The notes beneath the pieces were generated by a model that worked only from the letters and a program-made list of their open reading frames with translations, had not been told where the DNA came from and did no database searches. DNA of 64,000 nucleotides. It comes from Tubiluchus corallicola (Eukaryota > Animalia > Priapulida). Both the position numbers and the translations under genes were made by a program. Numbering within the stretch: position 1 is the first letter of the stretch; every line of letters starts with the position of its first letter. Below, piece by piece: positions 28,801 through 41,000 of this stretch. The stretch covers positions 124,001-188,000 of the forward strand of contig JAQGDQ010000420.1 in assembly GCA_030141605.1 (NCBI GenBank), written 5' to 3'.

Positions 28801-31800
28801 TCATATCCTCAAACTATTTTAGACTAACTTTGGTAGTTATACGATTATGTTGTTTTTTAAATTACCTTATGTGATTCAATAAATTTTTTTGTAATAATAT
28901 AATTTTTTTTAATTTTTACTACTGTTCATTTGGTTGTGTGAAACACTGTAAATAGAAATGGTAGTCATTGAAATGATTTTCATTATTCTACAGGTTTTAG
29001 TGAGATTGTTTGATCCTCTGCATTTGAAATGACAAAGTTTTGCCTCTAGTGAAACTTGGGTCGTTGTCTAATCTTTATACCTAATGACTGATTTTAGCAT
29101 TTTTCAGAATGATAGTTTGTTTGTGTATGAGAATGAAATCTATGAGATTGCTCTGTCTATTCTTTGCACTTTCCGTTTTCTCCCATTCTGTGTGCTAATT
29201 CTCAGGGTTTGTTGTTTTTTTCAGGCAATGATATAGATAACATAAGCAAAGACTATCTAAACTTGACCGGAGAACAAGTTGTAGACGCTGAAGTACCGTT
29301 GCTGTTCATATCGTTTCCTTCTGCCAGAGATGCTACATATGAACAACGTTTTCCAGGTAAAAACATTGTGAAAAAGGTACAACGGGATAAATTTAGAAGT
29401 AGATGAAGATAAATAAACCAATTCGAGTAGAACTGTTTTTGTATCTCAGTTCTGTATTTATGTAAGGGGTGTTTTCGATGGTGGCGAGTACTATGTCTAT
29501 GACAGTGGTTCCCAACCGGGGGGTACGCAACAGCAATGCCAGGGGTACGCAGAAGGTGTGTCAGATCGACACATTTTTTTCTTTCTGTAGCCGGTGAAAA
29601 GGGTAAAATACACCAAGTTGTTGCATCGCGATATAGATGAAGTTCAAGACCACGTCACTAGAGAAGTTCTGGACACAGCTAGGTGCAGACTTCAATGGAC
29701 TGAAAATTGCGGCTTTCGAGCTGTTGGTTCCATTTGTGACAACATACAAATGTGAACTAGGCTTCAGTGCAATGCTACATTTGAAGACGTAGGCAAGAAA
29801 CCGTTTGGATTTGAGGAGCGACATGCGAGTCGCAATATCAACAATTAAACCTGATATCAAAAAACTTGTTGATAATCATCAAGAACAGCGTGATCATTAA
29901 TTATGACTGCTGTGAAGATCGCGTTTCCTTGTATTGATGTTTTCATATTTGAGAAAGTTGTTCAAATTGCGTATTTCTTAATAATCAGTGATAAAATTCA
30001 TGTTTTCAAAAAAAGTTAAAATAAAAAAATGTCGATAATATTAATCGTTGTTTTCTGGAAACTGGTTTTTCAAACGATTTGTTGAAAAATATCAGGTGGG
30101 GGTACGCTGAAGATCGCCACATTTAGAAGGGGTACTTGGCAAGGAAAAGGTTGGGAACCACTGATCTATGAGTATACGTATCTGGCAGTAGAGTGTGGAT
30201 TACACTATTAGGATTTTGAATTGATAAGAACAATACCAAACATTGTTATACAGCCCAGCAGAAAGGTTGAGCGTGTGATAAGCTTCTATGCTCGGGGAAT
30301 TTTTCTCACACAACATCTGTCAAATCATGTCAGTGATTAGATTTAGTTTCGATTAAAGAACCAGAAATAAGAAAAAGGATCAAGATGTGTTATTGTGTAT
30401 CGATTTTAGCTGTCTAGTTGGCCGAGTGCATTACATTCAAGTGGTATTTGCTTTTTTGTACATGTAGACAGAGTTGTTGATATTTCTTGTGAAAAAAGAG
30501 AGGTCCACAATTTAGTAGCTATGGGCCAGTTCTGGCTTTATTACGGCTCATTCTGGTAATACTGGCATAAAGGCAAACCTTAATTGGGCCAGTGATGGCA
30601 TGCCACTTCCTAGCCATGCTTTAACAATTATGTTTTTCTTTCAAAGTATTTTTTTATGTTTTTCTTATCAATTATATCATATCTACTGTTTGAATAAACA
30701 TTTTTGCATTATTATATTTCGTTTAAGTAATACTTTAGTGTTCATTTGGTACTTGAGAACGGATTATTTGCTTTTACATTATTTCTTATGAGAATAAATG
30801 ATTCGGTACTCAACCATATCGGTTTTCAAACACCTTTGAGGAACGAATTATGGCGTTAAACAGTGGTACTACTGTAGTTGTCAAAAAACCTACTTGTACT
30901 CCGCCATTACTAAGCAACCATTGTGAACAAGTAATGTCAAGTCTGTGCTTTTCCGAGCAAAATCATTCTAAGTATCTCGGTTGAATAATTTTAAAGATGA
31001 TTTCTCTTAAAGGAGAAGAATTTTAAAGTACGTCGCAAAAAATTTTTGTAAATTTCTTAGCTTTACGCTTACCTGTTTTTAAAGACTTATGTAATTGGAA
31101 AGAGAATTCGTGTCACCGTGTAAAACGTCACTCCATCGTCATCTTAGTGTGCACAAACGATTCACCAAAAACACATTGTTGAGCTTATTGACAATGTACA
31201 GTTGTTTGTACTTTTGTTTAATTAGCAAAGAGTTTTATTTGTGTTAGGAATGCCCTCATTATTTTTCAAACTTTACTCAATGCCATCTAAATTTGTTTCA
31301 AATGACTTATTGTTAAAATGGCCACGGTCGTCACCAGTGTTTAAATTACAAGTTTTATACAGTGTTGCTGCTAATGCAAGCCTCCTATGCAATAAGACAG
31401 CACGTAGGTGATATGAAATTTCAAGACGAATTTTTTAGGATTTATTTATGAAGAGTGTTTTCTTGTACTTTACGAACAATTCCATAATGTAATGAAATTA
31501 GTAACAATGTTAAGGCATGACTAGTGTTTTTAAATGAGAAAACTTCTGAAAATATTGTTATTTTATCTTTAATTACTTGACTTTTTAGGCAAGTCAGTGT
31601 GCACAGTAGTGACTCTTGGTAACTGGAACTGGTTCTATCAGTGGAAAGACAATCGTGTGATGAAGCGAGGTGATGATTATGATGCTATAAAGAAAGCAAT
31701 AGGCCACCACATGTGGGAACAGACACTGAAAATTTTTCCGCAACTAGAAGACAAGGTCTGAAATGCTTTTTTTTATTGACAGTTAGCGTGGTTATTTAAG

Positions 31801-34247
31801 TACCTCTTGACCAATAAATGCACCTTATCTACTTTTCAGTTTTAATTTTCTTAGTCCTTAGAAAAGGTAGCATTAATTGACTTATCATATAGAAGTAAGG
31901 CCTTGTTGGCTGTGTGTCTACTTTACTTATGCTTGTGTTATAAAGTATATTTCAGTTGCCATTGTTATTATGTTTCTGTTGTCAGGTTCTTATTTCAGTT
32001 CAGGTTTATTTCAGTTATTTTCAGTTTGATTTTTTGTATTATGCACTTATTATTACTGTGTATGAATTGTGCTAACACATTATAAGCCTATCAATTTAAT
32101 CTCATTCGTAACAATTAAATTTTTATTATAAGCAGTACTAACACTAATACACTGTAGCATAGCGCTTATAAAAATGTTCACCACTAACCAAAGGGCAGCT
32201 GACTAGATGACCAATTGGTCTTTCGCTGCCCTTTCTTCACATTTTTGTTTCCAAATTAATTGTATTATAACTGTGCGTGTGTTACAAGATAAATATTATT
32301 ATTATTATTATTATTATGTTCCAAAGTTTGTGCCAGCTACGGGCGACATTCTGTCATGCTTGGAGTGTACATGACATTAATTCATATGCTACTGGTGCAA
32401 TAAAGTTGCATTTTGCCTAGATCTTTATTTTGCCTAAGTTTCTGATAATTATCATTATCAATGGGTAATCTACTATAAGTGTGTAAATACCATAACATAA
32501 TATTTCCCTAAACTCACATTTACCGAACCTGAAACTACCTGAACCTTTACGCTTTCATCAAAGAATTTATTTGTGTTCAATTTCGCTAGGGTATAGTCCT
32601 TAAGGTAAATGCAGATGGGCAACCATTTAGCAGAATTGGTACAAGAGATTTCTCAATGTAGTGAACACTTTTATTCTTTCTAAAAATGTTATCATCTTTC
32701 TCAGTCCGATCACAAAAGTTCCTCAAAACATTCTCAGTAATTTCCTTACCAATATGAATACACACATTCAATATTATGCCCGATTACATGAAGCAAAAAA
32801 TAAAAATATTTTAGGAAAAGGTGTAGATATAAAACTGAAAATTTGGTTTTTATTTTTTATACTTTCTTTTCTTGCAATTTCTTTTTTTTCATGCATTTCA
32901 AGAGTTTATTCATTTCCACACTACATCTTACAGTTGCAATACAGCTAGCATATACAGTTGCAATAGCACATTCACTAGGCTTTCAAATTACAATGCACAA
33001 TAATTTTGATGAAAAATTATTCATCATTGCCATATTCACTTGTCTATATATTTTTGCACATACACGTATGCACGTACATGTCTTACCATGCTTTCTTTCA
33101 CTATGCTTTCATGAATTTTGGCAGTACTTTATATACAGTATTTTATATAGGTTGAGTACTTTGACATTGGTTCACCTCTGAGTAATAATTATTATTTGGG
33201 ATCTATGAAAGGAGAAATCTATGGTGCTGATCACGATCTTGCCCGATTTTCTGATCCCGACGTCCTTATCAACTTGAGGCCAGATACAGACATACCGGGT
33301 CTGCTTTTGACTGGTAAGTAGCGGCAGCTGCGATATCTCGAAAAAAACTTTTAAAAATCAACTTGCTAAGTAGGGATTCTCAAACTGTTTCAGAAAACTT
33401 CTTACCTTGTCCGTTATGGAAAGGTGGGATGCTGTGACTGATGCTAAAACATTAGGCACCTATTTGCCCGCTAATGTTTGGCACAACACGTGTGCATGTA
33501 AGCTAACTTAATGTACATCTTTGAGTTTGTATATTGTCATCTTACTTGCCAGGCCCTGGGAGCGAAGTTGCTTCATAGAAAGGAGATATAACCTTTTCTT
33601 TAACGTACTACAAGAGCTAAAGCAGTAAATTGTTATAATGCTATTAAACAGTTTAGGTAACTTTCAGCTGCTTCGATATAATTGAGATTTAGGTTACTCT
33701 GCTAAATTCATTTTAAAATTCCATGTTGCAATGATTTCGACCTAAAATTAGCAGAGCTGAGCATTGTTACGTTACGTTGTACACGTGAGGTGCAGCATTT
33801 GCACCATTATAGCTCATGCTAATGGAAAAATCTTAATATCCATTCATGCTTTTATAATAATCTTAGCATATAAATAGCATCTGAAATAGCATACAATTTT
33901 AAAGAAGGAAATCATTGTGGTTTAGTGGTTTTTCACTGTAGTTACTTTCCACTTGAATATTGTTACTTTCCGCGTGTTAAAATAGCTCCATAATGAGGGG
34001 GTTATTACAACTTTTGCATATTAGATTAAATTTATCCAGTTATTCGAAAAATTCCTTTGCAGTAAGTAACTATAAGTTGTGATGCATTTCAGGCCAAGAT
34101 ATTACCAGCTGTGGGTTTGCAGGAGCTCTTTCCGGAGCCGTGCTGTGCGTCTCAAAAGTTCTCAATCGAAACCTGTGGAACGATCTTGCCAAATTCAAAA
34201 ATGAACTGTACAAAGGGAAAAGTGCATCTATGAAAAAGACCCAATAA
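16850..34247 (+). CDS. RETSAT: All-trans-retinol 13,14-reductase (RETSAT)-like FAD oxidoreductase, paralog B, 12 exons
   Basis: Exons 16850-17066, 19988-20170, 20861-20970, 21895-22029, 23254-23455, 24596-24790, 26609-26728, 28220-28345, 29225-29356, 31589-31755, 33151-33313, 34093-34247 with GT-AG boundaries. Motifs [68 protein letters not shown]. Confidence 0.94.
18236..18762. mobile_element. Degenerate Tigger-like MITE
   Basis: ATACCTCTGTTTTCGA ... TCGAAAACGGAGGTATCACTG-TA inverted ends. Confidence 0.55.
19118..19630. repeat. Degenerate 7-bp (ATCCAGC/ATCCAGT) satellite, with further patches at ~18655-18700 and ~20195-20370
   Basis: Directly visible heptamer periodicity. Confidence 0.85.
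22385..23169. mobile_element. piggyBac-type non-autonomous element
   Basis: TTAA-CCCTTTC...GAAAGGG-TTAA termini, with internal (CA)/(GT) tracts. Confidence 0.65.
23531..23932. mobile_element. hAT-like MITE, with a related partial copy at ~63400-63714
   Basis: Termini CAGGTTCCCAC / GTAGGAACCCTG with GGAAAAGTCAGGGAA repeats. Shared internal sequence GCTATGGCAGG(C/T)TCCCAGTTTC...GGTCATGGAAAATCAATATTTGGTCA recurs at 63.4-63.7 kb. Confidence 0.7.
25621..25790 (-). mobile_element. Probable CR1/L2-like LINE 3' tail; related fragments near 21410-21530 and 32190-32320
   Basis: Minus strand GACCCTTGGTCTTTTCGACACCCCGTCTC...AATAAA followed by a (TTAC)n tail. Similar motifs occur at the other two sites. 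Confidence 0.45.
26948..27616. repeat. 26-bp minisatellite, ~25 copies
   Basis: Unit GTACTTAGAAAATTACGTACTATGAC. Confidence 0.97.
29503..30163 (+). mobile_element. Internally deleted hAT (Buster/Charlie-type) transposon retaining the transposase C-terminus
   Basis: TIR CAGTGGTTCCCAACC, 8-bp TSD GTCTATGA/ATCTATGA. Remnant (~29640-29900) reads FWTQL...[45 protein letters not shown], the hAT dimerisation domain. Confidence 0.88.
31085..31480 (+). repeat. Dispersed repeat, with a second diverged copy at ~50060-50450
   Basis: Shared motifs TATGTAATTGGAAA, TAAAACGTCACT, ATCTAAATTTGTTTCAAAT, GTGATAT(G/A)AAATTTCA in the same order. Confidence 0.7.
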
Positions 34248-35026
34248 GTAGTTAAGCAGTAAATACTAAGAGCGCGATAGAATCAGGGCAGGTACACAAC
34301 AAAACGTTTGTTATACGTTACCGAAGTGGTTGATTTATTTTAAAACTTGCATTATCTAATCATTTCAAAATTTGGTCAGTAAATTGTTGTTACATGGGGT
34401 CGTATTTTGAAATGCAATTATTAACATGAAAGTGGGAGTTCATTTTTTTTGTATCGCTTAGTTCATTAAACCGGTGACATTTATTTCTTTAAATCTTTTC
34501 CTTTTAGTAAGTATTTTTAGATTGATGGATAGTGACTGATAATTAAATCTTGTACCTACCAATGTAATTACACGCTTTTTGCAAATTATAAGTTTGCCTT
34601 TGCTTAGGTTGTTGTTAAAGTGCACTAGTAACAAGTTTATTAGCCTTTGACTACAAGATGTTGAGTAAACTTTGAAACAGACTTGAAGTTAGTCTACAAT
34701 TTGGTTTCATAGAGTAATATCGTTGCTGCTGTTGTAATGTGCGGCATTGTTAAAAATTCATCGTTGAATATTTTCATATTTAAGCAATTTATTTTTATGC
34801 TTTCTAAGTTTCTTTATTAAAATGTTGCACTATTTTAATTAAATAAAACATAACATTTAAATAAAACATTTGATTTGAGCGTTTTCATAAAAAAGTAAAC
34901 AATGTTAAATGTTAACATGGGAAAGATAAAATTCAGTACAAGAAAACAAAAATTCATCTTCACAATTCTAGTTTTTAGTTAAATGTCTAGGTATTAATAT
35001 TTAATAAACACAATTACAAACAATTA

Positions 35027-38000
35027 TCAGCAAAGCCATGACTTTCTCAAAATGGTGTCATCTCTGATTGTCTCAAATCCGCGTGCGATTTTGAAAATGG
35101 TGGCTTCGTCAAAGTGTTTTCCAGTTATCATGACACCAATGGGGAGATGATCTTCTTTTGAGAAGCCAGCATTGATGGAGAGAGCTGGATGTCCAGTAAA
35201 GTTAAATGGTGTTGTGTTTTTAAGCCCTGCTGTCGTGATTCTTACATACTCTGAAAATTAAAAGAAACTTAACCCTTTCATACCCGTTGTATCCCATGGG
35301 ATACAAGAATATTTTCTGCCTTTAAAATTAATAAAATTTTAAAATTGACAGTTATTTGATCTGTTAATAGTTTTTTTTTAAGCCAATAACAATAGACTAA
35401 AAATAGTGATAAAATGGCAAACTAAAAAATCTACGTAGCATAAAAATTGTGCAAGGTACAGTACTTTAGAGATGACTTTGTACAGATCAGCATAGCATGC
35501 ATACTAAATGTCTTAAATACTTAAAAAATTATCAGCAGTCGCAAAATGAAGCACATTTTTTGCTTTTGCTATGTTTTTAAAAAGTCGGACTTTGTTTTTT
35601 TGCATGTGACGAATGTTGTGTATCCCACAGAATACATTGGGAACAAAAGTACCAAGCCAAAAAAATTTTTCTTATTAAAAAAATAATTTGGGACTGAAAG
35701 GGTTAATTATGTTGTTTTACTTGCCATTCACTGTACAATTGGAAAGCACAATTTTCTAACATATTTCTGACATTGACATTTATTGTAACGTTCTCTGTTA
35801 AAGATTAATAATTCATCTTTACTGTATACAGACATTTCACTGTGCACTGATTTAGTTTTTGAAACTAAATATAAAGATGTTAACAATAATGATACATTTT
35901 GATAATTATTGTGTCAGTAATTATTACTGTAATTATCGTATTCATGTTATTCAAGGTATATCACTGCCGTATCGAATTTGGTGCTTATTTATAAATCCAT
36001 TCACTTTATGCATTGGAATTAAGCAAAAAAATTTAAAGTCATTTATTTGTAAGGTTGTTTGAAAAATTTTGTATTTTCTTCCAGCAATAGCGGCTGTCTT
36101 CAGTCAGTATAATAGCACACGGATGCCAAGTGTGGTATTTTTAGAGGTACTCTCCTAGTTTTGCACAGGCAATGCAGCATACATATAAACACACGTAGTA
36201 ATAAATCTATATGCGTGATATATTTATCTGTCGCAGGTCACATATTACTAAAGAAAGAAGAAAATTTTGTCATTTATACGTTTCATCCAGAAATAATCTA
36301 CAAGAACACGTTGCGTTATCCTGAGGCACCTTGCATAGTAACTAACTACATGTTCAATATTGCATTTATTGTTCGAAATAATTTATTGTGTTGTACTGTG
36401 TAGCTTAAAAACCAGATTATCAATATCATATTGTTAGGAAAAAGTATTGTACCATTATTATTTAGCCAGATTTGTATCATTTAACATCCCTAACAGTGGT
36501 GACTAGTGTATAAGTACTGTGGAACTGCAATACCATCTATTTTCACTCCATATTCTCGATAATATTCAATATAAGTCTTTTTTCTTTAGTTCTTTCTTTA
36601 TACTTGTATGGAACCAAAGCACGTGAGGTTAGTACTGTTTGCTTCACAGCCCAGCACAGTGCGCTCCAGCAACGTGGTGTTGAGCTCAGGTAGAGAAAGT
36701 ACTGTCGCTCACACAGTTTCTTGTCAGTTATCACATGCTTACCGTGAATAGATCAAGCTCGGACTGCGACAATTTAGGTTATTAGTACAGTTTACGTATA
36801 AGCTTTTGTATGTTTGTTTATTTAAAATTACAATTACAAATTACAACATTAAAATTACATATGTTTGATCTGTTTTACACAGTATTTAAACAATGGCTAA
36901 AAATTTTCTTAATCAGCACCCCAGTAATTTTAGCTACGAGCTGCCACTGATCCCTAACATTATACACTTGTTGTTTTATATACAGACAACAAGCAGAAAT
37001 CATAAACTGACAAGGCAACAATGTAAATGGTACCTGTGATAGAAACATCTTCAGTTGGTATCTTCGGCGGCAAGTGATTAACCGTTGGCATGACGATGAC
37101 ATCATACTTCTCCAGCACTTCATCGTACTTCTTTGTTATTTCATTCATAATGTTCTTTCCCTTGCAGTAGAAGTGAAGTCCAAACTCTTCACGCACATAC
37201 GCTGATGCTAACAGTGGAAACTTGGCAGTATGGGACAAGTATCCGGCATTTGTTTTAAATCCTTTGTGAAAAGCACCGTCCAGTGAAGAGGCGTTATACG
37301 ACCTAAATCCAACACTAGTTGCTGAAAAGAGAAATTTTTTGCATTTGAATCAAGAGTCTGTTAACTAGAGTGTTTATTTATATAGTTCCTCTGAAGTGGT
37401 GAGAGAAATAGGTATAAATTAAAAAATACAAATTTGTACCTTGTAACCTGAACATTGCTTCACCTTCGCCATGCTGTAGTAAAGACACACAAAGTTCAGC
37501 AGCTAAAAAGAAAAGATAAGTACAGAATGAGACTACGGCAAGCAGACCCTACATATCACTACTAAGTTGACAGCAGTAAATACATATAAAAATTTCCCTT
37601 TGAGTAGAACATGTCTTGAGCACGTACCATGTGACAGTATGCAAAGCGCAGCACGTCTCTGAAGGTTTCTGAATTGGCCATGTGAGCAGTCAATATTCAG
37701 CACCGTAGTTGCGCACATCAATTGGACGCAGTACAAACTTGAGAAAGGATTTCACATCTTTGATTTTTTTCAAATCTGTTGCACATTTTGTGTGTATTGT
37801 GCATCACCTGTTGCTTGTAATTTGCAAAACAAATCTATCGTTATTTTGACATCAGAATAATAAATGCATATAAAGTGTAAACTGTATACAGTTGGGGCTA
37901 GGGAACAGGTAAATGTCTGGGTGCATGCTTGGTCACTATGGTTACACTGTGTTTAGCCTGGATACTAGTAAACAGATGGTTCTAGGTGATTAAATTTGAC

Positions 38001-41000
38001 CTATACATGGCATACAGCCTCTGGTTATTTCTCTCATTAAGAAAAAAGACATGTACATTCAAACTGCACTATTTCACATTTGGATTCTTCATAATGAGCT
38101 ACGTTCAGGACCTACCACAACCCACCTACATCAGGTCCAGTTATTAAGTACGGATTTCAGCTCAGGGTGAGTTGAACATTATACAAAAATAATTACTAAT
38201 GCATTCTGATTACCATCAGCATGTTGAGGGACAGAAATCCTATCAACAGTGGCGCCACCAATTTTTGTTGCCATGACAGCATGAACCACTACTTGTTCAA
38301 CTTCTTTATTGGCGTTTATGAAGCCTTCATCCACGATTCCAATCTTTACGCCTTTTAATAATTTCCCTATACCACCTGTAAGCTAAAATTGTTAAGGAAA
38401 CTATTCAAATAAATAATTTTACAGCATGTTAAAATTGCATATATTTATTAGGAAGTTTTGCATTACTCTACAGCTAAGTTTAGTGTACACATACTTCTTT
38501 CATTTGTATTGCCACTAATTTTCTATTTGAAATGAAAAGCCTGTATATATAGTAGAAAAACAAAAGGAAAGGCTTGATCTTTTTCAATGTTAAATGTAAC
38601 TACGAAAAACTATCATTCAAAGCAGCTGCCCTGCAGCCCATGAATAGGGCATTTCAATTATCATATTATGGTATTATTTGTGCAAACTTCTAAATTTCCA
38701 AACCAATGAATATTTACCCGAATATTTACCAGAAAAATGTATTTGCAACTTACTTGCTCAGTATAGCTTGGGACTTTCACACCTTTGCGCATTCTACCAT
38801 CAAGTGGATCATACCCCGCTATCACTTCCAACAACAAAGCACAGTCCTGGACACTCTGTGCCATTGGTCCAACATAGTCCAAGTCATATAATATACTAGC
38901 TGCACCAGTATATGGCACAAGTCCAAATGTAGGCTTCAGTCCTATACAGCCACTACAGCATGCTGGACAACGAATTGAACCGCCCTGGTCAGTGCCAATG
39001 GCCAAGTCTACCTCACCTCCATAAAGCTGCAAACAAAGCAACCAATTAACAGTTCAAAAAACAATTTTGAACAAGCATATGACACTGCTATAAAGTTTCA
39101 TTTAATAATAAAAAACGGAAAAAAAGAATTGCAATATGAATAAGAAAACATTATAATATGTAAGAATAAAGATACAAAACAGGGTAATTACCAGATTAGA
39201 TTAGATTAGACAGTTTAATTTTCACAACACATCACTTATTTTCAAAATGTAAAAAATCTTAATCCACAATATTCAAAAGTAATGAATGCTGTGGCGAGAA
39301 GAGAGGAGCCTAGCTTTTGAGGTCTTCACCCATATTCACAGAACAAACATGTACTACAACACACACACGCTACCTTGATTAGAAATAAACAGCACATATG
39401 CTGTTATTCTGTAAATTTGCTTTACTAAAACGCCATTCTGTGAAATCAGTGAAGCAGCAATTTATTAATTAACATACATACGAGCGCAGCAGATCCAGAG
39501 CTTGATCCTCCTGCTACATGTTTCTCATTATAAGGATTCCTCACAGGTCCTGTACAAGAGGTAACGCTGCTTCCACTGAGGCATAGATTCTCACATGATG
39601 ACTTCCCTACAATTCGTCCTCCTGAAGCGAAAAAGCTAGATTTTATTACATAATTCAGCACACTGAAATCCAGCCATTTGCATGGGCTATTTAATATGGA
39701 TGGTTGTGGCAGGACTGGTATCAAGTTTATCATCAAGGAAAACAATTCAAGATTAGCCACTTAACCACCAGAGGTCTCACCAAGGTTTGTATGTGAACAT
39801 ATATTTTTTCAATAAGGTAAAGAGCCAGAATTGGTATGGTAAGTGACACCCTCAAAACAAGTATTAACCCAAGGGGTCATCCATCTGTTCAATCACTAGC
39901 CTCAGTGTTGATTAAATTTGGTCGCTCAGCATGCACCGACGGTGACTGCTTCACTGTATCATTCACTTGTAAAAACATCTACAAAAACTATAAAATTATT
40001 TTGAGCAATAAGATGCCACGTGAGCAAAAAGTGAATTGGCTGTGACATACCATAAGGAATTTTTTATTCGCTATTGTTTGCAGCAAAGAAAAGACAATGA
40101 AACTAAAAATATTTCTAGAATAAATACATTTTTTAAAATGCCATAGAACTCACAGAAATCATGGTACACACTATAAAGATAGTTCAGTCAGTTATTGATC
40201 TATAAAGATAGTTCAGTCAGTTATTGATCTATAAAGATGGTTCAGTCAGTTATTGATCTATAAAGACAGTTCAGTCAGTTATTGATCTATAAAGATAGTT
40301 CAGTCAGTTATTGATCTATAAAGATAGTTCAGTCAGTTATTGATCTATAAAGATAGTTCAGTCAGTTATTGATCTATAAAGATAGTTCAGTCAGTTATTG
40401 ATCTATAAAGATAGTTCAGTCAGTTATTGATCTATAAAGATAGTTCAGTCAGTTATTGATCTATAAAGACAGTTCAGTCAGTTATTGATCTATAAAGATA
40501 GTTCAGTCAGTCATTGATCTATAAAGATAGTTCACTCAGTTATTGATCTATAAAGATAGTTCTGTCAGTTATTGATCTATAAAGACAGTTCAGTCAGTTA
40601 TTGATCTATAACGATATTTCACTCAATTATTCATCTATAAAGATAGTTCACTCAGTTATTGATCTGTAAAGATAGTTCAGTCAGTTATTGATCTAGCACA
40701 CTGAAGCTTTAAGATTCGAGTTCATTGTAGCCAATAAATTTTCAAATTTAAGTGTATACATGAATATATTTATCAGTACAGTCAAAAACCTCCTAATAAT
40801 GCCCCCTTTATTATAATGCCAACCTCGCTTAATGCCCACATTTTTGGCAAAACAAAATGCCTATATTGACATAGACAAGTACGTATTAATGCACCTCATT
40901 ATAATGTGCCCCCTTTATTGTATTGACAACCTCGCTTAATGCCCACATTTTTGGCAAAACAAAATGTCTATATTGACATAGACAAGTATGTATTAATGCA

